Shown here one piece after another: positions 12,615 through 24,760 of a stretch of DNA of 64,000 bases. The notes beneath the pieces are model-generated. The model saw nothing but the letters and a program-made list of their open reading frames with translations. It had not been told where the DNA came from and ran no database searches. The DNA comes from Mytilus edulis (lineage: Eukaryota): NCBI RefSeq assembly GCF_963676685.1, contig NC_092347.1:2914001-2978000 (forward strand), in the 5' to 3' direction. Numbering within the stretch: the stretch's first letter is position 1; each line of letters starts with the position of its first letter. Position numbers and translations under genes: made by a program.

Positions 12615-13162
12615 TTTTCTTACCCCAGGAGTAGATTACCTTAGCCGTATTTGGCACAACTTTTTGGAATTTTGGGTCCTCAATGCTCTTCAACTTTGTT
12701 TTTATTTGGCTTTTTATCTATTTTGATCTGAGCGTCACTGATGAGTCTTATGTAGACGAAACGCGCGTCTGGCGTATAAAATTATAATCCTGGTACTTTT
12801 GATAACTATTTACACCACTGGGTCGATGCCACTGCTGGTGGACGTTTCGTCCCCGAGGGTATCACCAGCCCAGTAGTCAGCACTTCGGTGTTGACATGAA
12901 TATCAATTATATGGTCATTTTTATAAATTTTCTGTTTACAAAACTTTGAATTTTTCGAATAACTAAGGATTTTCTTACCCCAGGAGTAGATTACCTTAGC
13001 CGTATTTGGCACAACTTTTTGGAATTTTGGGTCCTCAATGCTCTTCAACTTTGTTTTTATTTGGCTTTTTATCTATTTTGATCTGAGCGTCACTGATGAG
13101 TCTTATGTAGACGAAACGCGCGTCTGGCGTATAAAATTATAATCCTGGTACTTTTGATAACT
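12615..13162 (+). mobile_element. Non-LTR retrozyme RZ-355 (355-bp unit x ~1.5) with two intact type I hammerheads
   Basis: 12615-12807 is repeated at 12970-13162 (period 355). Hammerheads lie at 12732-12775 and 13087-13130. Confidence 0.9.
12732..12775 (+). ncRNA. Type I hammerhead ribozyme (identical copies 13087-13130 and 49816-49859)
   Basis: GCGUCA-CUGAUGA-GUCU(UAUGU)AGAC-GAAA-CGCGCG-UC^UGGCGU: canonical core, G-C closed stem II, palindromic stem III ACGCGCGU, GUC triplet. Confidence 0.92.
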
Positions 13163-13815
13163 TTTAATATCTTAAAAAATAAAATATATTTAAAATAAGA
13201 TCGTTCATCTTACGCTTATAGACTGTGATGATGACACAGAATTTCGAATTAAAGATATTAAATGTTGTTTTACACTAGGGGAAATTTGTTCATCTATATT
13301 TCATATCGTGTCTTTTCATTTTGATTAGAGTGCAGCCGCACAAATGCCAGACCAGACGCTTTCTGAATATCCATTAAGACCCCGAGGACTACCAACGGTC
13401 GTGTTGCCTGAGCTAAGCATACAAATAAATACAAATAATCATAGAAATCCGATTTTTCTAGATATGATGGATTTCCTGATATAAGTTACGGTATAATTTA
13501 AGTAACTCATCGTCAGTCAACTTATTGGTTATACCTTGTTGCTAACTTGGTTCACCTTTCAATATTGACTTTGTATACTTTTAACGAAAGAGCCACACGA
13601 TGAACACAACAATATCCGCTAAAGGTCAAGGTTGTAGGAAAACGAACGTAAATGCGATAATTATCGACTTGCTAGTCAATAATACAATAGTATTTGTTTT
13701 TTGGTAAGCTTAGTTTGTAGACATTTGACCAAAATGACTGTGTATAGCTAATTCTGTTTTTATTCCTGCTTTTATAATTGTTTGAAACAGAAAAAAGTCG
13801 TATCTAATTGTTTTG

Positions 13816-16800
13816 ATTTTAAACATATTTTATTCATTAAGATAGATTGAGCGACAGGCACAGCCTATAAAAGCTCTCTCCATATTACATGTTTAAGGTA
13901 TAATTCAATTTGAACAGCTGTATTGAAAATAAGGCAATATAGTGGAACATGCATGCTACTTATGAGCACACGCGAGCAAATATATGTTTACAGTGTTACT
14001 TTCTAAATGCGAAGTATATTTAAGTATATAGGCAATTACTCATCATGCATTCAAGAACCTTGAAACATGCAAATATATATATATGGCTGGAAAGAGACAC
14101 TAAGCTTGCTTAGTGGATAAAATGAATTAATGTTTAAGTGGAGGAGAAAACAATAAAAAATAAAACTAAATGAAACAAAAAAATAAGTAAGTTTCAAAAC
14201 GTTGAGTGTCACTGATATATTAATGAACAGATTTAAAAATAGCAATATTCATATCATATGAGAATAATCTGTTTCCGAAAAGTAATAATTCAATATTTAT
14301 ATCAACATTATCAGCAATGGAGTTAATGGAATCAAGAAGGATCTGTCTAACATCACTGTACTTAGGGCAAATGAAAAAGAAATGTTTGTTATCCTCAACA
14401 GGGTGATTACAGTTTGCACTAATAGTGTTCTCGGATAAGAACTGATTAAACAGATGATATTTTAGGTTGCTAGCATTATTTCTGAGTTGACAATGACTTA
14501 TATTAAGTTTCCTTATCCCATTGTTAAAATGTTTAAATATATCATCAGTCCTATAAAACTTTTCCAGTCCACTTCTAAATATACCCAAACTTGGGGATTT
14601 TTGTAAACTCAAAGGAAGACTATTCCAAAGTCTTATAGTGGAAGGAATGAAACTATTAAAATAAGAGCTAGTTCTAGCAAGAGGCGGATGAAAAGTGTTA
14701 TTTTCGTTCCTCAAAGTATAAGGGGTTTGTCTGGGAAGATATGGCTGGACTAACTCATATAAGTATGCAGGTGTCAACCCATTTAATATTTTATAGACTA
14801 GTATAAGCTTATGTGTATTACGTCTATTCTCCAGAGTTTCTAAACCTAATTCAATATAAAGTTTTTGTCTGGAGGAATTACGTCGTAAACCTGTAATAAT
14901 TCTAGCGGCTTCTATCTGAATATTTTCAAGAAGCTCAGACTCGTGCTTGGAGCAATTGCCCCATACAACATCACCATACTATAATATAGGTATAATAAAA
15001 GCATAATAAATACGTATAAGTGAACTCCTATCTAATAAATGTTTAACTTGACGAAGCACAGATAGACGAGAGCATGCTTTTTTATAAATAATATCAATAT
15101 GTGAGTTCCATGAAGCTGATGACTGGAATATTATCCCAAGATGACAGTTAATATTTATTTTCTCAACCTCTTCCCCATTTATCCCAAAAAATACAGGTGG
15201 GTGTTCCCTTTTCCTTCTAGTAAAAACAATATTTTTAGTTCTATTAGAGTTCAATTGAACACCCCATGATTTTGCCCAATTTGCGATAACATCCAAGTCA
15301 TCAGTCAAAGAAGCAGCTGCTACAGCAGGATCATCATCTACTATAACAAATAAAGAGGTGTCATCTGCAAAAAGTCTAATATCATTAGAAATGTCATTTA
15401 CTATATCATTTATATAAATAAGAAACAGAAAGGGTCCTAAAACTAATTCCTGGGGGATTCCTGCATGTATACTTCTTAGAGTTGACGAAAAACCTTCTGA
15501 AATGACATTTTGTTGACGATCTGAAAGATAACTTTCTATCCAAGATAAGAGCTGATCATGTATGTCAGATTGTTTAAGTTTAAATAAATGTCCTTTATGC
15601 CAAACTATATCGAAAGCTCTAGACACATCACAAAATACAAACCTTACATCCCTCCCACTATCCATATTACTAATAATTTTATGATATATTTCAATTAACT
15701 GATTACAAAATGTAACAGTAGAGTCACCTGGCTGGAATCCAGATTGAAACTTTGACAAAAGGTTATTACTTCTCATATAATTATACAAATGTTTAAACAG
15801 AACTTTTTCAATAATCTTACAAACAATACTAGTAACAGATATTGGACGATAGTTTAGAGCTGAATGTAGACTACCTTTTCCTTTAAAAATAGGATTAATA
15901 TGTGCAGTTTTCCATAACAGTGGAACCTGTTTAACTGATAGAGACATATTAAATAACTTAGTTAATGGTTTAGAAATAAAGCTAGCAACCTCTTTTAAAA
16001 TTCTAGGACTGATACCGTTAGGTCCAGCTGGTTTGTTAACATTCAAGATTTTTAACTGATCTAAAATTTCTTTCTCAGTAATGACAAATTTATATAAATG
16101 ACATGGAGGAGGCTCATTATTATCCGGAATTTCTGGTTCTGTATGATTGCTCAGGATCTCTGATTTGTCCAATGGATGAAGAAAAATTTGACCATCATGT
16201 TCCAAAAAAGGGGGAAAACTCTATTTTTAGTAAAATTTGATACAGACTTGGCAATGCGCTACCATTTATTAGGAGGAATATTTTTGTCAATAAGTTGAGA
16301 TGTCAGTTTGCACTTACAGATTGCACTTTGTAAATACAGCTGTTTCTCAAACCACGCCTTTTTTGGGGAGATTTAGAATATTCATAGAAAATTAATTTTG
16401 TTTACATACTGGTTCCCAGTTATGCTCTCTGTGTCCCATCTCATAGAGACACAACTTGGGAATGTTACCAGTAGATAAACATGTGCATATTGTTTACATT
16501 GAAATATGTGGTAACCCTTTATTCGAGGTAGGGGTAGTTAAGAAAATTAGTGTTAGTTTAAACTCTGAAAAGCTCAGGGCATATAAACGTTGAAAATATG
16601 TCGCACAGCCCTATATTTTGACCTTTGAAAAAAATTGTAGTGCATATGAACTTTCAATTCTAGGATAAGATTTTTTTCAAAAATTCATAGTAAATGTGGT
16701 ACAGTTTTAGCGGTAAAGGGAGTTCCTATGGGAAAATGCATTGTCACTATTTACATAAATGCAACCTATAATCTTCTTTTGCCTTTTTAACTAAGCTGAT

Positions 16801-17695
16801 AATTTCATTACGAATTTCTCAAAATTTTTTCCAGTGATCTGGATTATTTGAAGTTTTCGCTTTTTGGTGAATTCTTATCTTGTTTCTTATTAAGTTGTTC
16901 ATAAAAGGTTTATCATTTGGTCTTACTGTAATAGTTTTAGTAGGTATATATCTATTTACTGTACTTTCGAATGTTCTGACAAAGTTCATATAAACATCAT
17001 TTATATTATTTGAATTAAAAAAACAACACCATCCCAGTCAATATCGTTCAACTGGGTTTTAAGACCTTCATAATATGCACGCTTAAAATCACAAATTTGT
17101 CTTTTATACAAGTGTTGTTTAAAAGTTTTAAATGAAATTTCGACTGAAACAGGAGAATGAGAACTGCATATCGGTGTAAGAACAGTTACTGATCTAATTA
17201 AGTTCTTGCGATTAGTCACACATAAATCAATACAAGTTCCAGTTTGGGTTGTAAAGTTGGTAGGCTCCCAAACAATATTTTCTAAGTTTAAATGGTTAAG
17301 TTATCTTTTAAAAGAGTTACTTGTGTTTGACATCATATCGCAATTGAAATCACCACAAAGGAAAATTGGCAAGTTACAATCAAGTGCTTTATCTACTGAC
17401 TCATTAAGTAAGTCTCATATATTAGAATTTGAGTTTTGAGGCTGGTATAAAACACCAACTAAAAATTTGTCATTACTATAATTCCTCACTTCAACCCAAA
17501 GCAACTCAAGATTGCTTACAGATATGTCATTCTGTATAATGAAATGTAGACTATTTTTCACATAAATGGTCACACCTCCACCATGTATATTTCTATCTAA
17601 CCTAATAGGCTTATGAAACCCAATTAATTGAATTTGGTCATCGGTAATTGACTTGTCAAGATGATATTCTGATATACAAATAATATCTAATTGTG
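13816..17695 (-). mobile_element. CR1-clade LINE, 5'-truncated, ORF2 (APE-RT) disrupted
   Basis: APE motifs DIICISE, RLDR..GGGV, LLWVE, GDFN. RT motifs KPAGPNGI, NYRPIS, QSGFQPGDST, DVSRAFD, LGPFLFLIYIND, LFADD. C-terminal RTSSYFNSFIPSTIRLWNSLP. AATAAA tail. Confidence 0.93.
16317..16768. mobile_element. TA-site MITE inserted in CR1 ORF2
   Basis: Imperfect TIRs CAGATTGCACTTTGTAAATA / TATTTACATAAATGCAACCTA with TA on both sides. Removal restores ..KKAKEDYKCKLTS.. Confidence 0.75.
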
Positions 17696-18710
17696 TTGAA
17701 TTCGTAGCTAAAGGTGTATTATCTCTATAAGGATAGTCCTTAAATTAAAAAAAAAACGACAGCGAACCTCTAAGTCTCTACAGGTCGTCTGATATTAAAA
17801 TAGTTTTATTGACATTTATCATGTATTTAAGTATATTTAAAACTCATATTGTTACACATGTTACATGTATCAAGTTTTATTTCAAAATAAGATATCTATC
17901 TTTCTTTAAGGAAAGAACTCGATTTTCTTATTTCATGGTTGAAATCTTTTCCCATTCTCATTCTTTTTTAACTGTAAAATTTGTGTTACATAAGTACTAA
18001 ATGAAATAAAAACGTCCCTCATGTTTCAGTTAAACCATATTTTTATATGGAACTTATAAATATACATGTACGCCAGTTCTCGTGTTTTCCTTATGTGGTA
18101 AATGAAGATTTTTAAAATACAACTGAGACATGTCTCTGCTGTGTATAGTTTCCTAGATACATATGTATTATGAGAAGTTCGACTTCGTTACATCTCCGAC
18201 AAGCTGGTTAGAATAAAATTACTTGTTACCATAGCTGTCAAGTTGTAAACTAGTTTTAAATTTGTATTTCAGTTTAGACATCTATACGAGTACAGTCCTA
18301 TGAAAATCTATTTTCAACATAGGATAAATAGACTTTTATGCTTGTAGTGTTTTTATCACAAACGTCAGTGTTACGAACCAACCTCATAGACAAGACCAGA
18401 GACACGAAAGAAATCTTATCGTCATTGTAATTGATCATTTCGTAAGATAGACGTAATCAATGTTATAAATACTCTAAAGACTTATTAATATTTGTACAAG
18501 TTTGGCAAACAGGCATGATTGCAATATCTGTCAATTTTATGAATTTGGTTTTTGACCTGAATTTGTTTCGGTTAAATCGATTTATGACTATTGAACGGGG
18601 TATACTACTGTTGCTTTTATTCATGAGTAAAGATGCATGTGCAAGATACCAAAGTGACATATACAATATAAATATCCAGTCTTGTAATCCTTTGTTTTCA
18701 AACATTCAGC

Positions 18711-18760
18711 TGTGAGTGTTCCTGATAAAGGTAAATCAGGAAATGCGTGTCGGACGAATG
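18711..18760 (+). mobile_element. Decayed RZ-351-type hammerhead remnant (an RZ-355-type remnant follows at 18917-18962)
   Basis: GTGTTC-CTGATAA-AGGTAAATCAG-GAAA-TGCGTG-TC-GGACG aligns to the RZ-351 motif with core mutations. Confidence 0.6.
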
Positions 18761-19156
18761 AAATTTAAAAACAGTGTTATTTTCTTCTTCTTTTTTTTTA
18801 CTTACTAAATGTTTCAATATTTTCACAAATTTATCCCTTTTTAATAAATATCATTTAGTATTGCTCATCAATGATTTTCAACATCGTACTTTCTTTTGCA
18901 TGGTATCCTTGTTCATCTGAGTGTACTGATAAGTCTGTTTAAGACAAAGTGCGTCTAATGCACAAATTTATCAGCACGGTCTCTTTCCTACGTCATTTAG
19001 TGAGCAAGGGTATCCGTTTCTTTGTGTGAAAGGATTACATGTATATTTGAAAACCAAAAACAATTTGACTTATTGGAGGACAATTTTGTGTTGTAAGTTC
19101 TTTCTAAATGTTCAAATCTCATCAAAGAAATATCTCGGTATAGTGCTATTTATTTA

Positions 19157-19240
19157 GTAAGTAAGTAAGTAAGTAATGACTTTATTTAAAGAGGGTGACT
19201 CAATTAGCTTTCTTTAATCTACCTTGAGGTCCTTACAAAG
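19157..19240 (-). mobile_element. 3' terminus of an L2/CR1-group LINE with (TTAC)n tail
   Basis: Minus strand reads AGGACCTCAAGG..TTGAGTCACCCT..AATAAA followed by TTAC repeats. Confidence 0.5.
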
Positions 19241-19595
19241 AACAAACAGTACAAATATTACAAAGCTTACAGTTTCTAACATATTATGTAAATGCACTAT
19301 TCATACTAACTATAAACTGTCTGTAGAACAAGAGAAAAATAAATTCATATATACATATATACATAACATACAAATCATTAGAATTTAAAATAATTTGTCT
19401 ACCACTTTAATATTTAATGCCGGATTGAGAGCATGTCATTAGTATAAATATTTTACGCTATTTATCCAAAAAATATTTGAACTTGATATGTTACTCACAA
19501 CTGTCAGTTCCACCCTAGAAATCAAAAATATGATGTCATTCATTGTTTACCATATAATGAATAGGAAAGTCAGTTCTCCATATGGTCTTTACATA

Positions 19596-19775
19596 AGGTA
19601 GTTGCAGCCTCTCTGCTACGCACGTAGCATTTAAAGAGTAAAGTCCATTCTCATTGGCTCTGATTCAGACGTATTTGTCCGGGTAAGGTGAAATGTCCTC
19701 ATATAACTGTTTTCTAGTGATAAAATCCGGCTCTTTATGTCGGTCAAGTACTAAAACAGGCATTATATTCATATT
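19596..19775 (+). mobile_element. Degenerate bivalve-type SINE central domain (Meta/V-like)
   Basis: Resembles the remembered consensus ..CTCCGCTAAGCACGCAGCATTAAGGAGTAA..TTGGCTCGGAATCAGGATAATGTGTCCGAGT..; no tRNA head seen. Confidence 0.45.
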
Positions 19776-20202
19776 ATATTATCATGTTTCTGTCTTAGAA
19801 ATGCATTGTATTTTTCTTCATTCCAATAATCAGGAATTTCTAATTTTGCGGCATATTGTTTTGTTGTGTGGGACGTTTAAGTTTGCAGCGACAACTGGTA
19901 GAATTTAAGCGTTTAATTCGCGATGAGTAGTGTATGTTAGTGACCTAACTCACGTTAAAGAAACATTGAAAAATCATTTGTTGTCCCTAGCTATATAGAT
20001 GTTACATTTTTTTCTAGTGTTGGTACATTGTAAACATTCACGTCCTTTTTGACGGTCTTCACACTTTGCAGAAAACTGCTATCGTACTTATCAGTAATTT
20101 TTGCTTGTAGTAAACATGGTGAAGTAAGCGAAAATCAGTGAATGTCTCAATGTAGTCAAGCATTGTACATTTAAATTTGTTGATATTAACTTGCAATTAA
20201 CA

Positions 20203-20874
20203 TCTATACTATTAAACGAGAAGACCTCATTTTGGGTGTTGCTTCTCTTCTTTCCACAATAAATTAATCAACACGCCCCTGTGTCCTATAGGTACAGTGC
20301 ATAGTCGCATTTGTCATCCATTCATATGATTATTCAGATTGAGTTATTTTGGGAGAAAAACGAGAAAAAAGGCATCCGGATATTGTCCCGTCATTGGACG
20401 AAATTTTAAGTCAGATTAGACTCCCGTTTTACGTTTTTCTGTATACTTTGAACATACATATACAAAGAATAAAGTGTATTTTCAGAATTCTATCTGCTAT
20501 CATTTTCAAGTTTACTATCTACGGCGGTCACAGAGTTTATTAAATAGAGAGAGTCTGTATACCCTATCAATGACCACCATGGATCAGCGGCCTTATTTAT
20601 GCACAAAAAATTAACGAAAAACGAATATGTAACACATAAACAAACGACAACCACTGAATTACAGGATCCTTACTTAAATGTTCATAACATACTAAATGTA
20701 TGTTCATATTGAAATTGATAGAAAACCAAACATTGGGAATTTTGGAAATAATGACCTATGACTTATGATACTTTTGCTGAAATTCTCCAGTCATTCAATA
20801 TTTTACAAAATTCTTCCAACAACACTTTACATACTTTAAACTACGCTCCTAATGATTTCGCGGGTGTGTTCTAG
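20203..20874 (+). mobile_element. Non-autonomous Helitron
   Basis: 5' TCTATACTATTAAA and 3' ..CGCGGGTGTGTTCTAG, inserted between A (20202) and T (20875) with no TSD. Carries a TW-b fragment at ~20588-20676. Confidence 0.75.
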
Positions 20875-22607
20875 TTGCTATATAAAACAGCAAGTTGGAA
20901 ATTTTGGAAAAAAAACGTGCTAGTACGTTCAAGATACCAATAAGTAAATGTTGAGAATTGAAGAATGCAATACAATATAAAGATACGTATACTATAAACA
21001 ATTTGCTTCATCTTATCCATTATTGGAATTTAATTGAAAGCCTCGGGATTTGTAAATACGGAATGCATTTGTTTCATTTCAAGTCTCACTTTTTGTCTGA
21101 ACTTTCAGTCATTGATCTGTGTGTCACGAAATGCCAGCCATCATAAATATTCTTTAAAAAGTGGATTGCAGCTTGTTTTACTTTTATTGTTTGGGTTACA
21201 GTTTTCTTCTTCTAATGTAACGAAATAAAAGTGCATGACACTCAAATAAAAGCCGACAACTTGAACAGTATTAATTCAATTATCCGTGTTATTGTACGGA
21301 ACTTTCAGTTCATTAATTCTCAACGGAAGAGATCATTTAGACAAATTAGTCTACATTTCGTACAAATTGGCTTTTAACTTTTTTAAAGTCATTTCTAATC
21401 AGTTTTATTTTATATTTCTTGGTATTGTTGTTGAAGATATATATTCGTTGGTATCTGTAAGAGATCTGTAATTTAATTGAAATCGGTCTTTGTGTTTCTC
21501 TCGGCGACATCCTTTTAAAGCACGTTGTTAATTAGAATGAAGATCATAAACAAGTTGAGAGGAATTTAAATCACTCTTGACTTTTAAACAATGTTGCCAC
21601 AATTATTGTATTTCGTCGTTTTAAAACTATTTACTGGTGTTATTTTTCGATCCAAACAAAGTTTGCGTTTTCAATTTTGGAAATAATGACCTATGACTTA
21701 TGATACTTTTGCTGAAATTCTCCAGTCATTCAATATTTTACAAAATTCTTCCAACAACACTTTACATACTTTAAACTACGCTCCTAATGATTTCGCGGGT
21801 GTGTTCTAGTTGCTATATAAAACAGCAAGTTGGAAATTTTGGAAAAAAAACGTGCTAGTACGTTCAAGATACCAATAAGTAAATGTTGAGAATTGAAGAA
21901 TGCAATACAATATAAAGATACGTATACTATAAACAATTTGCTTCATCTTATCCATTATTGGAATTTAATTGAAAGCCTCGGGATTTGTAAATACGGAATG
22001 CATTTGTTTCATTTCAAGTCTCACTTTTTGTCTGAACTTTCAGTCATTGATCTGTGTGTCACGAAATGCCAGCCATCATAAATATTCTTTAAAAAGTGGA
22101 TTGCAGCTTGTTTTACTTTTATTGTTTGGGTTACAGTTTTCTTCTTCTAATGTAACGAAATAAAAGTGCATGACACTCAAATAAAAGCCGACAACTTGAA
22201 CAGTATTAATTCAATTATCCGTGTTATTGTACGGAACTTTCAGTTCATTAATTCTCAACGGAAGAGATCATTTAGACAAATTAGTCTACATTTCGTACAA
22301 ATTGGCTTTTAACTTTTTTAAAGTCATTTCTAATCAGTTTTATTTTATATTTCTTGGTATTGTTGTTGAAGATATATATTCGTTGGTATCTGTAAGAGAT
22401 CTGTAATTTAATTGAAATCGGTCTTTGTGTTTCTCTCGGCGACATCCTTTTAAAGCACGTTGTTAATTAGAATGAAGATCATAAACAAGTTGAGAGGAAT
22501 TTAAATCACTCTTGACTTTTAAACAATGTTGCCACAATTATTGTATTTCGTCGTTTTAAAACTATTTACTGGTGTTATTTTTCGATCCAAACAAAGTTTG
22601 CGTTTTC
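20738..22607. repeat. 935-bp tandem duplication (20738-21672 / 21673-22607)
   Basis: The copies appear identical by eye. The ORF track repeats with a 935 offset. Confidence 0.95.
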
Positions 22608-24267
22608 ACAAGATTAAATGGGACAATGGAACTTGTCACTTTTACAAAGCCGTACGATACAAACACAAAAATCGAATCAGAATATACAGTTATTACTAAT
22701 TATGTACAGGACAAAACTAAAGTATAAGTACACATATAGCAGATCATAGATAATGGCAAGTGTCCCGAAACTTAAAACGAAAAACGATTTAAAATATTCT
22801 ATTTTTTAAAGTAATACCTTGTATGCTTGCCAATTGCAACTTATATGCTTTTTATATTTGAGGAATTTTTAAAAGCGCTCAGTTGGTGCCACTGACGACT
22901 GACATTTGGACACCAATTATATTACCTGACAGCGATGATTTCTTCTGTGTTGACCGATATTTTTCTGTAAGTTTAGTGTTTGTAAAATGTTGCATTATTC
23001 CAACATGTACTACTTTTGTTTGTTTTTCTATTCAGGCATAAATGGATATGGATGGAGAGTTGTCTCATTGGCACTCATGCCATATCTTCTTATTTCTAAA
23101 GATTGTTTGAACAATATATAAAACAACTTTTCAGAGTGTTGTTGAATGTCCGACAATAGCCTCGAGCTCACAGTATGGATCTAGTGCTTCGGTACCGACA
23201 TGATTGTAGTAGCCACAATTGATTGGTAAATGTCCAGTTCGTAAATAAGTATGTAATTTTAGTACTAAAACTAAGATTACTACAACCTCAGGCAAACTGG
23301 ACCGTTTACAATGTAGATATAGTAATGATTGCCAATGAGACTATTCATTCAAGACAACAACAAAAAAAGACATTTATTTAACGTTATTGGTTATGATTTG
23401 TCTTTTAACGCTCTGGCAATCAACGGCTGATAATTCAAAAACCCAAAAATAATTTGCCTTTGCATAGCAACAGCCCTTTTCATGCCTTTCGTGTTGACAT
23501 AAGTATAACGTCTACGAAGCTCGACGAAGCAAACAAAAGACTGTTCAAACAAAACCAATGATTTGCTACATCTTTGTATGAAACAATTAAGGTCAGAACA
23601 ACATTTGAGTTTTATACAGATTATCGTAAGGTAAATTATTTTTCGCACACCTCGATGAATCATTTCAACTTTTTGTTCTGCATTTTTTTAATATTGGCAA
23701 ATACTTACAAATTTATTAAACAATTCACGAAAAAGACGGATAATTTCAAGCAATTTACTTATGGCTCTGACATCTTTTAAATGAACAAGGAGAAAACAAT
23801 ATAATAATATTCAATGAAACTGTCCTTTAATAATTACTCTTTGTAGATTAAACTCATACTAGAGGACTCATTTATCTGATTTGATATAAGGGAAATTCAA
23901 AACGTATCATTGTTTCTTTAACTAAATGTCAAATGTAATCTTTTTTCTCTCCCATGACTTAGATCGGATTATAAAACCTGTTCTTAGTGATGAGGCTGTC
24001 ACTATTATCTAGACACAGAAGAAAATAAGTGATTGTTAAAAATATACAAATCTTTCAAGTCATTATTTTCTGTTTATTAAGAGTCATCTTTAGTCTACTT
24101 TTGTTCAAAATCTTTAGATATATTTAGTTTTGGGGGATGTATACCTCCGTTATTTACCGACATATCTTCAACTTAAATTTCCTTATCTGATTAAAATGTT
24201 AGGAATGAGACAAACGCGCATTAGACTAATGGCGTTATTTTGCCTATTTAACCTTTTTGTTATCTGA

Positions 24268-24311
24268 GCGTCACTGATGAATCTTTAGGAGACGAAGTGC
24301 GCGTCTGGCGT
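24268..24311 (+). mobile_element. RZ-355-type hammerhead fragment with core mutations
   Basis: CTGATGA-ATCT(TTAGG)AGAC-GAAG-TGCGCG-TC-TGGCG; G10.1 changed to A and A15.1 changed to G. Confidence 0.75.
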
Positions 24312-24760
24312 ATATATAAAATTTCAATCCTGTTATCAGTATGATGACCTAATTTCTATCAACTTGAACCACAGATATAGTTGTAAACAATTCTGACCTG
24401 CGGGTTTGTCGCCTCCTACTGCACAATCATAGAATTTCAACACGTTATGCTGCATTTTATTGTCTTATCATTCACTTACAACCCAACAGGTATCGCCCTG
24501 CATTCTTTAAACTTATATGTTTATCGTTGTATGATTCGATCACAAAAAATCGTCCCTGATCTGTATTCCAATAGTTCCAGTGTGATAATTTCAACACAAG
24601 ATATGACAAAATGGAGATCTTAAAATCTGTGCTTCTGAGTCTGGATCAATGTTTTAGTTTGACATGCATGCTGAATATTAAAATTCTACTGATATAACAA
24701 ATTATATTAGTCCATGAATTGTCATTATCCTATATGCTCAAAATTCAACAACGATGGAAC

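Larger units (their letters stand above)
12417..13197 (+). mobile_element. CR1 3'-UTR fragment (12417-12612 plus tail 13163-13197) split by the RZ-355 insertion
   Basis: 12417-12612 is a diverged inverse of 13846-14040. The tail ATCTTAAAAAATAAAATATATTTAAAAT matches the CR1 tail at 13816-13845. Confidence 0.75.
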
